Positions 1 through 9,996 of a DNA stretch of 23,190 nt are shown here, piece by piece. The translations under genes were made by a program, and so were the position numbers. Within the stretch, counting starts at the first letter, position 1. The number at the start of each line of letters is the position of its first letter. The DNA is from Catajapyx aquilonaris (taxonomy: Eukaryota), in the NCBI GenBank assembly GCA_000934665.2, contig JYFJ02000293.1, positions 124,001 to 147,190 on the forward strand, read 5' to 3'. The notes beneath the pieces were generated by a model that saw only the letters and a list, made by a program, of their open reading frames with translations, was not told where the DNA came from and searched no databases.

Positions 1-14
1 TAGTTCGTTTGGTG

Positions 15-116
15 TGACGTCATCGTTCCTTGTGCATCACTGGCTTTGACGTCATAATTCCTGGTTTTTACTGGCTTCGTCGTCATCATTCCTTATATCC
101 ATTAATAATGACGTCA
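15..116. repeat. Short degenerate ~30-bp repeats containing TGACGTCA (CRE-type palindrome)
   Basis: TGACGTCA at 15-22, 47-54 and 109-116, plus a variant CGTCGTCA; units such as actggctttgacgtcataattcct / actggcttcgtcgtcatcattcct. Could be a TE subterminal array or an enhancer. Confidence 0.45.
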
Positions 117-1967
117 CGCCACTTGCAACGTCGGTAATAACTTCTGACGCGACCAAAATCTGTCTAATTTTTTTAAAAATAATGCTGATTAGTGTACTAA
201 AGCACTAAAGCAGTTACATGTTGAAGATGGTCGTAAAATTACATTCAAAAATTTATTTTTTTGTACATTGTGGAACAGTAATGCTGTGCTCCTCTATCTT
301 TTACGATTATATTTTTTTAAAAATATTTGTAGGTTTGTTCTCTGTGAAGAAAAGCTATTCATGGAGAGAGTTTTCGCGACGTAGTTGTTTTTTTATTTAA
401 AAAAACATTGCTCAGCAAATGTTGAACAAAAGTCATTCTCTAGCCTGTCATCTTTTTATTTTTTTTTCTAGAACTCTTTGAACTATGTTTTTGTAGGCTA
501 ATGACTTTTTTTTAAAATTGCTTTCCATCTCTACCTCTTTTTCATCCCTCAAAAACATGCTTAGGCGATTTTATTAGTTTACTATTGAAAATTCTTTCAG
601 GTAAGGGGGATTTTTCTTCAAATAAAAAAAGAAGGATTGTCTAGTTATTTAAGTATGATGGAAAGTGCTATTTATTTGGACGGAGGAAAAAGAAAAGAAA
701 TTTATGAATGGGACTAGATGTAGTCCTTGGAGGCCATCTATTATATTTTTTTTGGTATTTCCTTCATCCAGGAGTGGACATAAAATATGACATTTCACCA
801 CCGATAAAAATATGTGCGCAATTATTAATACAAGTGAAATGTCGATTTTATGACACTCTTTTGAAAGGTAATAATAATGCTCCTCAAGAAGAAGAAGAAA
901 AAAAAGTATCCTGTACAAACACTTGTAAATAAAGTGGCTTCCAAATCACACAAAACGGAAGCTGTAGCCCTCATGAAATTATTGTGAGTTTATTTTCCCA
1001 CAATCTAGTTACTAATATTATGAATATTAATTTACCTATATATGAATCTTCTGATACAAACTAAACAATAACGTCGTGAAACCAATTTTTGAATTATTTT
1101 GCTATTAGAAATTTCCATTTTCTCTCGTCTAATTATTTTTTAAATTATCGCAACTGATCACTGGCACCAGCAACTTTTTTTTGCACATTTTTTATTACTG
1201 ACTGTTCATTTGCGTGGGTGTAAAGTGACTTTGTAATGTATTGAAGGCTCTGAAAAGTTCTTGATTTCCTTTATCTCGGTGACTACGGGCAGTTATCTAC
1301 TGACTAATCGCTGGCCAAACATTGCGTTCAAAAAAAGTCTATCTTATCAATAAGCTCGGCACGTTGGTGTATACCTATACCAGAGAATGCAAGACTAAAA
1401 TAAAACACTCAAGGTTTCTATGCCTTGTTCAGTAAGTAATGTTCTGATGATTTTTGAGGAGCAATGATGCACTATCATGTACTGAAATTCCATCAATTTT
1501 TGTACTACAAATTTTCAGAAAAAAAAAACAATCCCTCAATTTAATGAGCATCAACATGTGGAGTATTGTACAATATCTCTTCATGCACTGTTTCGTATAA
1601 ATTATTTTGTACACCATGTTTGTTAACAAAAATGATTCAGAGCACTATTTTTTCTGTGTATCTTTCTCTCTGTATTTTTTGTGTCGACATCAATTACCAG
1701 TTCCGGTAGTGAATCACAGCATGAGGCATCCAGGTAAGTTCGACAACGCAGCGATGAAAAATCCCTGGGCGACAATCTAATCTAATCCTCGTGTACTCTT
1801 TGTTCCAATAGGTGAGAAGAAGCGTCCTCTTTTTTTCAACCCACAGTGTGCCAGATAACAAAGCGTTCAGTTTGAGAAGCCAAACGGGATTTGAACGTAC
1901 AGAAAATTTGGAGCAAGTGTGTATCACACACACATTTTTGAAACTTAAAAAAAATAAGTGGTGAAAG

Positions 1968-4928
1968 ATGGCTGGAGGAAGCGGAAGAGGCAAAGGAGAG
2001 AGGGCCATCATGTATCTTGGATATTATGTTGGATTCTGCAACATTCTGGCCTGGGTGAGTTGGAAAAAAAACTTTTGGTTCAAAACCTGAATTTTGTCGT
2101 TATATTATTTTAAATAGGTTGTATGCAATATGGGGCACTTTCCAAGTCACTTCTCCTAGAGCTATCCATCATTGTTATCTCTGGAAGCCAACTATGCACT
2201 TGGCTTCATAGGAAGTCATTGCAATCATTATGTATGATCACATGACAAAGTGTGCACCTAAGGTCTCCAATTGCAATTTTTTTCGTTGTACATACGGATT
2301 ACATGCAATAAGTTTTGATTCAAATTCTGCATAGGCGTACGGTTCATCAGATTAAAATAAGTGAGTTTCTTTCTTGGGATCATTACTGCACACAAATACC
2401 TGCGAGATAAGCGTGACCTCGTAGAAATGGTTAGATATGACTCACTGAACCATCAGTGTTTCTATTTGTACTTAATGGCTACGAGTACGAGAAGTAAACT
2501 GAAGTGTATATAGCCTTAAGAGGGAACCTCATACCAGTTTTAACAATTTTCATGACAATTTTAATGACAATGTGAACATATAGTTAAAAAAAATGATTGT
2601 GCGATCGAGCACATTACGAACTTTCATGAGTTCAGAATAATAACATTTTAAATATAACTTAATGATTTTTAGTCTCATATAGGAATGACCTGTCAGGTGG
2701 CAGCGATAACTTCATGACGTTTCACATCATTTCTGCCTGAGTCACTGTCTGTCAATGTTATCTCTTTGCCCATCTATCCGTTGGAATCTGTATACAGAAA
2801 AATATGTTGAATGACCTGTCTAAACATCAATAATTTCTCTCTCTCTCTCTCATTATGACAGATATTCGGTGTGTGCATATTCAGCTTGGCCCTATGGATC
2901 AGGTTCCAGTCGGACTTCCAGAGCTGGGTGAAGGAGCTTCAGATGTACCAGTACTGGACCGGAGACTACATCCTGCTGGGAGGTGCCATCATCGTCATGA
3001 TCATCTCCTTCCTGGGATGCTGCGGAGTCGCAATGGAGAACGCCTGCATGCTCATGACGGTCTGTACTATATACACACGCAATTGAAGGTCACTTACACT
3101 TCAACTGCAGGAACTGAACGAGGTCCAGACCAGGTCTTCAGAAACTGAACCAGGTTCAGTTCAGGTCTTCAGAAACTGAACCAGGTCCAGACCAGGTCTA
3201 GATCAGGAACTGAACTAGGTCCAGATCAGGTCTTCAGAAACTGAACCAGTCTAGATCAGGTCTTCAGAAACTGAACCAGTCTAGATCAGGAACTGAACTA
3301 GGTCCAGATCAGGTCTTCAGAAACTGAACCAGGTCCAGACCAGGTCTAGATCAGGAACTGAACCAGGTCCAGATCAGGTCTTCAGAAACTGAACCAGGTC
3401 CAGACCAGGTCTTCAGAAAGTGAACCAGGTCCAGATCAGGTCTTCAGAAACTGAACCAGGTCCAGATCAGGGCTTCAGAAACTGAACCAGGTCCAGATCA
3501 GGTTTAGATCAGGTTCAGCTTCCTTCATGGCTGTGTAAATGATCCTGTTTGTTGCATATATTAAATTATCTTTCATTGTTATCGCTGGCTGTCCTATTTG
3601 TGATAATAAATTGTGTGTAGAACGTGGTGATGGGAGTGGTGAGCGTGATCCTATTGTTGGTAGGATCAGTGGCCCAGCTGATCCTGGGCCTGAACTCCAG
3701 AGAGGACGAGGAATGGATCACTGAAAGATTCATTGATATTAAGAAGCGGAACGAGTTCTACATTGACCTTCTCTACTTTCTAAGAGACGTAGTAAGCAGT
3801 TCACCAAAAATATTATTCGCTTTGTGATGTCTCTTTTTTCGAGTAGCTCGCATCACAACGTTTTACTGTGTACGGTGTACTTCTTGTGAACTCAGACAGT
3901 CAGCGATAAAATATAGTTACATATGCACATATGAATGTATTTTTTTCCATTTGGATAGTTTGTAGGATTGTTGTCCTTGACCTTTCTGATCGAGCTGGCC
4001 GGAGCTGCTTACATGCTCAACAATGGAATCGGAGTGTCGCAGCTGGGCAGGTTCCTCCAGGACACCTTCAGAGGTGCGGTGTACACGTACGGAGACAACC
4101 CAAGGATGACATCCATCATGCGAATCATGCAGGAATTCGTGAGTACAAAATATTCGCGTAAATGATGCGGGCTACTCACACAGCAGGCTTTTCATTGTTT
4201 GGAGGGAAAAAAAAAATTTGTTGTCACAAAATGATTACTATTTATTTGTTTTGTCCACAGGTCAAGTGTTGCGGTGCTCAGGGTGCTCAGGACTACAATT
4301 TGGTGCACAAGCCTGTGCCCATCGAGTGCCGTGACCCCGTGACCGGAAATCAGTGGCCCAACGGGTGTGTCAAAGGGTTCTCCGCATACCTGGAGCTCAA
4401 GACAGGCTGGATTTGTGGTCTTGCACTTGTCCTTTGCGTCCTGCAGGTTAGTGACCAGCAGTCAGGTCATCAAGGTGACCTCACTTGGCCTGTATAGTAG
4501 GCTAGGTGCTCATGTCTATATCAGGCACTCAGATAATGATACTAACAAACAGGCCTACATTAATAATTAAACTGTACATAGCAATATTTCCATTGTTAGA
4601 ATTACGCCTTGTAGTATATAATAGTTGGACGAATTACATGAAAGAAAACTCTGGCACATCATTTAAATAATTTATATAATATCAATAAAATGAAAATGGC
4701 CTACATTGTCCCTGCAGATGTTGACTCATCACCTAGGTGCATGTAGTTGCCATAGTTTGGGAGTAGTTATCGCCATCTACTTGTGGCATATCATACTATG
4801 TACTACGTCCAAGTTGGGGGCGGTCTGGGCAGCGTTGTCAAATTTTGGCCCATATTAAATAAATCATTCAGACTTTCTGCCTGACACCATTTGAGCTGAT
4901 TGCCACAACTTTCTTTCAATTAACTTGT

Positions 4929-4992
<64 letters not shown>

Positions 4993-5763
4993 ATAGGCGT
5001 TTCGTTAAAAAAGTTTTTTTTTGAGACAACGTTTTTTGCTCGGTACAGTTTTATCTGATCAGGAGTTTATTTGGGCAATGATACTGGACCACTGCTTTAT
5101 TATTAAGGTCCATCCAACAATGCCTGATCAGACTAGAAAAAATAACTGGGGATTCCCTCCCCCCCGCTTCGTCCTGTGCTACCTTCCAGATATCCAATAT
5201 AGTGGCTGGGGTTCTGCTGGTGCGAAAACTGCGGCAAACAGAAGACGAAGGACGCCGATACGACCCAGTCAAAACGAAATAAACACATACAAAAAACACA
5301 TATCCGAAAAAAAATATTGTAATATATTTTTCTCTTTCAAAAAAATTCGCAAAGCACACAACTTGTCCGCTTCACATGCTTTTTTTCATCTTTCTTCTCG
5401 CCGCGTTTTTATGTCGCCATATTTGGGTGGGGGCATTGCTTTATATATTATTTGGTCGTCATTGCTGAAAAACATTTTTTTTGTCATGTTTTGCAGTGTG
5501 TTCCAACTGAAGTGTCAGTAGTGATTGCTATAATATTAGTAGCTAATATATTATTCAAAAAACAAGTGCTTGCCAATCAGCGTTTCAGTAGATGCCAAAA
5601 ATTCGCAAAATAATCACTATGGACACACAGGTTGGAACGCATCGAATAAATGGACGCAAGCACTATCGCCACATTGTTGTTGCAGATCACTCTGATTGTT
5701 GCCGGAATCATCCTCGTGCGGAACATCAAGAAATCAGATCGCCCATCAAAAGGCGCATATTGA
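1968..5763 (+). CDS. Tsp2A: Tetraspanin, Tsp2A-like (smooth septate junction type); ~242 aa with exon 3B or ~239 aa with exon 3A
   Basis: Exons 1968-2054 (MAGGSGRGKGERAIMYLGYYVGFCNILAW), 2862-3059 (IFGVCIFSLALWIRF...ISFLGCCGVAMENACMLMT), 3621-3791 or 3959-4138, 4261-4446 (VKCCGAQGAQDY...PVPIECRDPVTGN...GCV...KTGWICGLALVLCVLQ) and 5686-5763 (ITLIVAGIILVRNIKKSDRPSKGAY*). All introns are GT-AG, phase 0. Four TMs, CCG motif, and a P.P..CRD.VTGN...GC...KTGW segment as recalled for Tsp2A. AATAAA at 5931-5940. Tetraspanin call is firm; Tsp2A orthology is from memory. Confidence 0.88.
3108..3515. repeat. Intronic minisatellite, ~31-bp unit AGGTCTTCAGAAACTGAACCAGGTCCAGATC with variants
   Basis: More than 10 head-to-tail copies read directly in tetraspanin intron 2. 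Confidence 0.95.
3621..3791 (+). CDS. Tetraspanin alternative exon 3A (TM3 + N-part of EC2)
   Basis: tgtgtag|AAC...GTA|gtaagc; 171 nt, phase 0-0, open frame: NVVMGVVSVILLLVGSVAQLILGLNSREDEEWITERFIDIKKRNEFYIDLLYFLRDV. Hydrophobic TM followed by a polar helical segment, the same layout as 3B. Confidence 0.72.
3841..4177 (+). promoter_or_regulatory. Putative selector (3841-3855) / docking site (4163-4177) RNA duplex flanking exon 3B
   Basis: GAGTAGCTCGCATCA is complementary to TGATGCGGGCTACTC over 15 bp (14 Watson-Crick pairs + 1 G-U). Confidence 0.65.
3959..4138 (+). CDS. Tetraspanin alternative exon 3B (TM3 + N-part of EC2)
   Basis: ttggatag|TTT...TTC|gtgagt; 180 nt, phase 0-0: FVGLLSLTFLIELAGAAYMLNNGIGVSQLGRFLQDTFRGAVYTYGDNPRMTSIMRIMQEF. 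Typical TM3 Glu and IMQ motif preceding CCG. Confidence 0.88.
4930..4992. repeat. (TAG)21 microsatellite
   Basis: Pure trinucleotide run in the last tetraspanin intron. Confidence 0.97.
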
Positions 5764-6013
5764 AAAATGAGTCCAGCAGCTTTGTTTTTTTATTATTATT
5801 GCCCATATTGTGTGTTATCAACTCTCTTTTTAAATTTCCACGTATATTGTTTAGTGATGTAGACAGTCAACTTTTTAGACCATATTTTGTATTCAACGGG
5901 GACCAAGAATTTGTGTAATCAACCCAAAAAAATAAATAAATAATGTAAGCCAATAAATGAACCCCACAGAAAGTGGGCCCCAACAACCCCCCCGAATCTT
6001 TATATTTTAAAAA

Positions 6014-6790
6014 TGTAAGGAATTTGCGATTACAGCACGTTTTTTTTGCAACACTGGCCGGCGACTCCGAATTCCATTGTTGTATGGACTAAACAACAAT
6101 TTTATCGTATACAGCTTATTTCGAAGAAAAAAAAAATCAACCCCAGCAATTCTATTCTTCATTATCCACGCTGACTGTAAGGAATTTGTAATTACATGAT
6201 TTTTTTTGCAACACTGCCCGGCGACTCCGAATATTCCATTGTTGTATGGGCTAAAAATTGAAACAAAAATTTTTATCGTAGATACAGCATATTTTTCAAA
6301 AATCAACCCCGCAACGACTCTATTCTTTATTATCCACGCTGAATGCAAGGAATTTGTGATTACATTAGGGAGCATATACTATACATAAGAGGCGAGAACA
6401 TTCGATTTTCGTGTCTCTCTGTTTGGGGCGTTGCCAAGGGGCGGCCATTTTGAAGTGTGTGCAACGCCAACGAGGTATAAATAGGGCACAGGCAAAAAGA
6501 AGGTCCGCCATCTTTAATTCACTCGTGATCTTGCCGTGTAGTTGCCATGGGCGCCAAAACCATCAAAGATGGCGGACCCAATTTTTGCCTGTGCCCTATT
6601 TATACCTCGTTGGCGTTACCCACACTTCAAAATTGCCGCCAGCCTTGGCAATGGCCCCAAACAGAGAGACGCGAACATCAAAGGCACCGACAGAAGTTTG
6701 CGCTTCTTATGTAGTGTATGCTCCCTGATTACATGCTCTTTATCAGGCTGGCGACTCCTAATTACAACGTTGTTATTCTCACAATTTGCA
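6014..6790. repeat. Degenerate ~165-bp tandem repeat (3 copies; third interrupted by a MITE)
   Basis: Units start tgtaaggaatttg at 6014 and 6176, and tgcaaggaatttg at 6344. Shared blocks gcaacactg..cggcgactccga, ttccattgttgtatgg, attatccacgctga. The third copy resumes after 6735 (ggcgactcc at ~6750). Confidence 0.8.
6367..6726. mobile_element. Foldback/MITE with long TIRs and 8-9 bp TSD (Mutator- or hAT-like)
   Basis: Ends AGGGAGCATATACTATACATAAGA / TCTTATGTAGTGTATGCTCCCT; ~150-bp imperfect inverted arms (e.g. aacgccaacgaggtataaatagggcacaggcaaaaa / tttttgcctgtgccctatttatacctcgttggcgtt). Flanked by GATTACAT(T) 6358-6366 and GATTACAT(G) 6727-6735. Confidence 0.88.
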
Positions 6791-7051
6791 ATTGAAAATT
6801 AATGACGAACATATTTTCGTATAGCAAAAGGACGAACACAAAAATCCCGCCGATGCAATGTTGCCAGATGCACGTGATTAATATGACAATAATTTAAGCT
6901 CGTTTCATAGCCATTATATTATTTATTTACTGTTTATTCGCTTAGTTATTATTAAATTTATGTAAATATTTAATGTGTTCTAATGTGGGAGTTGGCAATC
7001 TTGCTCATTGCGTCAGATTTTTTTTTCTTCGTATTAGTTCATTAGGCACAA

Positions 7052-7270
7052 CAAGATGGCCGCTTACTCTCATCTGATTGGTCCGACTGTTCGACTTGGA
7101 CCAATCAGCACCGTTCTGCAATGGAACGTATTGTCAAATCAGCTGTGCCTTTCGCAAGTATATGGCAACCCTGCTTCTGCGCAGTAAAAAAAAAAAAAAA
7201 GGAATCCATTCGGTCGGTCGATAAAAAGTTCGGTTGCGACGCGACGAAAAATTCCTCTTTTTCCCCTTAC
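7052..7270 (+). promoter_or_regulatory. Probable eIF5 promoter: YY1-like site, inverted CCAAT pair, DRE-like element, TCT/5'TOP-like initiator
   Basis: CAAGATGGCCGC 7052-7063; CTGATTGGTCC 7074-7084 / GGACCAATCAG 7098-7108; GTCGATA ~7217; TTCCTCTTTTTCCCCTT 7252-7268; donor G|GTCAGT at 7500/7501. The TSS is inferred. Confidence 0.5.
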
Positions 7271-7729
7271 CCCCATTCCATTCTCTCGTGTGTAGTTCGG
7301 CTGGTTGCCTGGCCCCCCCCTCCTTCGATCTAAAGAAGAAGAGTCCGCTTTGCCCACCCTTCGAAGCTAGAGAAGGAGGGAAAGGGAAGGAAAGAGGAAA
7401 GGAAAGATTTAAAAGGAAGGGAAAAAAGAGGAAAAAATTATTGAAGCAGGAAAAGAAGTGGAACTGGAAGAATCTGAGCATATGCCTCTGCCCAGAACTG
7501 GTCAGTATAATATTATAACATATTATATCCTAATAAGGGGCCCCCACATCGATCCATCACAAAGAGGGAAATAAATGGAACACGGATGGAGGCCGGGAAT
7601 GATAATTAAAAAAATTAGAACGGCCAGACGTCGGATGCAATGCGCATTGCAACATGTTGCCATGGGGCTTCGTACTAGCGGAACACTGTTGGTTTGATTA
7701 GTATTGCCGTACTTTGATGTACCTGCACG

Positions 7730-8140
7730 AGCCGCGTTTACATGCAGCCGAGTTGATCGGTTTTTCCGACCGGCCTAAGCGCGCCGTATGATTGATGCTG
7801 CGTTTACATGGGCAGCGATGTACGTTCGAAAATATATTGTAACATCGCTGCGCATGTAAACGCAGCATCAATCATACGGCGCGCTTAGGACGGTCGTACA
7901 TCGCTGCACATGTACATCGGTCGTACATCTGTCGTACATCGCTGCGCATGTACATCGGTCGTACATCGCTGAGCATGTACATCGCTCGTACATCGCTGCG
8001 CATGTACATCGGTCGTACATCGGTCATACATCGCTGCGCATGTAAACGCAACTTCGGTCATACGAAGCGGTTAGGACAGCCGGAAAAACTGATAGTTCAG
8101 CTTCAGTCATACGAAGCGCTTTGGACGGTTGGAACGACCG
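7730..8140. mobile_element. Nested palindromic MITE-like element (GCGTTTACATG termini, PIF/Harbinger-like) with internal tandem repeats
   Basis: AGCCGCGTTTACATG (7730) / CATGTAAACGCAACT (ends 8053). Near-perfect ~55-bp-arm palindrome 7767-7896; tandem GTACATCGCTGCGCATGTACATCGGTC repeats 7896-8040; 8054-8094 is a degenerate reverse complement of 7756-7796. No clear TSD. Confidence 0.7.
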
Positions 8141-8363
8141 TGTTGTGGAAACCGGTGTTGCTAAGGGGCGGATTGTTCAGATTTGGTGTCAACAATGGTG
8201 CCGTTATTAAAGCGAAAGGAGCGATGGTAGACGTACACTTGTGATGCGGGAGTTGTTGCCTGGGTTTTCATGTGGCTCGGTGGCGGTTTGAACCGCGGAA
8301 CAGTGCTGCAAGTGGATAATCTGCTGATTTATATGTACCGTATTTGATGGCATGTAGCATGTA

Positions 8364-8753
8364 CAGGGTGAATGGAAACTCGTGTGCAATTAATCGCCAC
8401 CTAGACGGATAGTACTTGCAATTAGTGCAATTAGTTTTGTGCGCCTTTAATGTGTACGGCGCCTTTGAAGTTTCGCCAGCCATAAAGAAGCAAAGGCCAG
8501 CTCGAGGGCCTTCGAACAATCCAGCCTTGTGACCGTAACCATCGTCCATGCCCAATAGGGGATCAAATCCCGTCAGAGTAATAATCCAGGTAGGTTTTTG
8601 CCTCATATTTTACCTTCTGGTCCTCTACACTCTAAAGGCACAGTACGCATTAACTACGCACCGGCGCCCAAAACTAATTGCACATCCATATATTTCGCGA
8701 CTATTGTGAGTACTATCAGCCTGGCGATTGGGCACGAGTTCCCATTCACGCTG
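8364..8753. mobile_element. Tc1/mariner-type MITE (TA TSD) in eIF5 intron 1
   Basis: TA|CAGGGTGAATGGAAACTCGTG ... CACGAGTTCCCATTCACGCTG|TA; further internal inverted blocks (tgcaattagtttt / aaaactaattgca); 390 bp, non-coding. Confidence 0.88.
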
Positions 8754-9855
8754 TATAAGCCATTTTTTGGGGGGGAAAATGTGCGTCAAATATGATGACT
8801 GCTGACCTTCACTTGCTGCACCGACCTTTTTTTTTTAGGTTGGCATTGTAATTTGCTCTACTACGAATGCGCTTTGTTCCGGATATGGTGCAAGTGGGAA
8901 TTTTCGAGGTGAATGTGGGAAAACAATTGCGATTTATCTGGTGCCGTGCAGGAGCATTCTGGGAACGGTTGCATTCAAGGCTACATATTAGAACTGCACT
9001 CGAGGCTTTAATTTAGGGGGCTGTCTTATATTCATCGTAATTATTGGAAAAAAAATTACATTTGAGGGGTACATGAGATCAAAAACGGCCACGTCTGCTT
9101 TGAAAACCTGGTCGTAAAATGAGCAGAAACTGATGATTACATAATCTTTTATGTCCACGGTTCAGCTACGTACGCAAATGCGCACTGGCATTAAAATACA
9201 TAATTTCTGCACGTTTGTGTTGGCCATTTTTGATCTCCTTTACTGGTCAATCTTCTGATTTAACAATGACTTTTTCTTAGTGTAAAAGCATTGTGACACG
9301 TGCAATGAGGAGAATAAAACGGCAGGAGGGCTTGAATCTTCAGATCAGTCAGGAAACAATGTGCTGCGTGAACTTCATGTAAGGAGAGTTGCAGCGCGTG
9401 CGTCACGTGCAAGTGATATGCGATGCCAGGGGATGAGGCTGGGAAGGCCTTGAAGTGGGCCTGCAGAATAATAACTGGAGCTGATAGCATTTTCGAAGCG
9501 CCTGCCATTTTTTATTCATTCGGCAGGCAGTTGTGATGTCAACGCCTACGTCGAACCTTTTCCTGGAACTGAGTACGTTGCCACAGGGCAAACAGCTTCT
9601 GCGGATTTGTTTGAGCCGTTTTTAGGTGACGGATGAGGATAATTTTTACCTGGATTGTATTTCATGGTCCGCAATTATTGCCTGTGGACAGACAATTTGT
9701 TTGTGGGGTTCGGGTTATGAGCAAGCCTGGCCCAGTCTGTTCTTATCCGTGGCTGGCTTGGAAATTAATGGGAAGTGTCTAGACCAGGTCTGGCCGTCCT
9801 TGTGATCATGCAAAATGATGCGAATGACTCATCCGAGTCGAGCAAAACCTGAATC

Positions 9856-9996
9856 CGCTGTCACATGAGCGCTGTGGGAAGACCGGTGGCAGATATTGTC
9901 GCCGGAATATAGTTTGTCGTTATTGACGTACAGTGAGAATATGCGATGGTGTGAAGTTGTGCATTTTCATGAAAAACTTGTCTTGATTACACATGC
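9856..9996 (+). ncRNA. Possible box H/ACA snoRNA-like RNA in eIF5 intron 1
   Basis: 5' hairpin (cgctgt/acagtg base; ccggtggca/tgtcgccgg apex) is followed directly by AGAATA (ANANNA, 9936-9941) and ACA at 9991-9993; ~140 nt. The 3' hairpin is irregular and the end lies very near the 3' splice site. Confidence 0.25.

Noticed and set aside
3108..3515. CRISPR-like array
   Set aside because: Head-to-tail repeats without unique spacers, inside a eukaryotic intron, and no cas genes.
4718..4863. Alternative terminal tetraspanin exon (cctgcag|MLTHHLGACSCHSLGVVIAIYLW...)
   Set aside because: It would break TM4 with polar residues; 5686-5763 completes TM4 and the tail cleanly. Not excluded as a minor isoform.
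5021..5521. 166-aa ORF
   Set aside because: Intronic, non-ATG start, poly-A/T-driven composition and no recognisable motif.
7234..7518. 94-aa Lys-rich ORF
   Set aside because: Non-ATG start; a by-product of the purine-rich eIF5 leader exon that reads through the donor site.
9441..9456. RNase P RNA CR-I-like GGGAAGGCCTTGA (intron-embedded RNase P RNA is known in insects and crustaceans)
   Set aside because: Imperfect match, and I found no downstream CR-V/P4 partner; cmscan would settle it.
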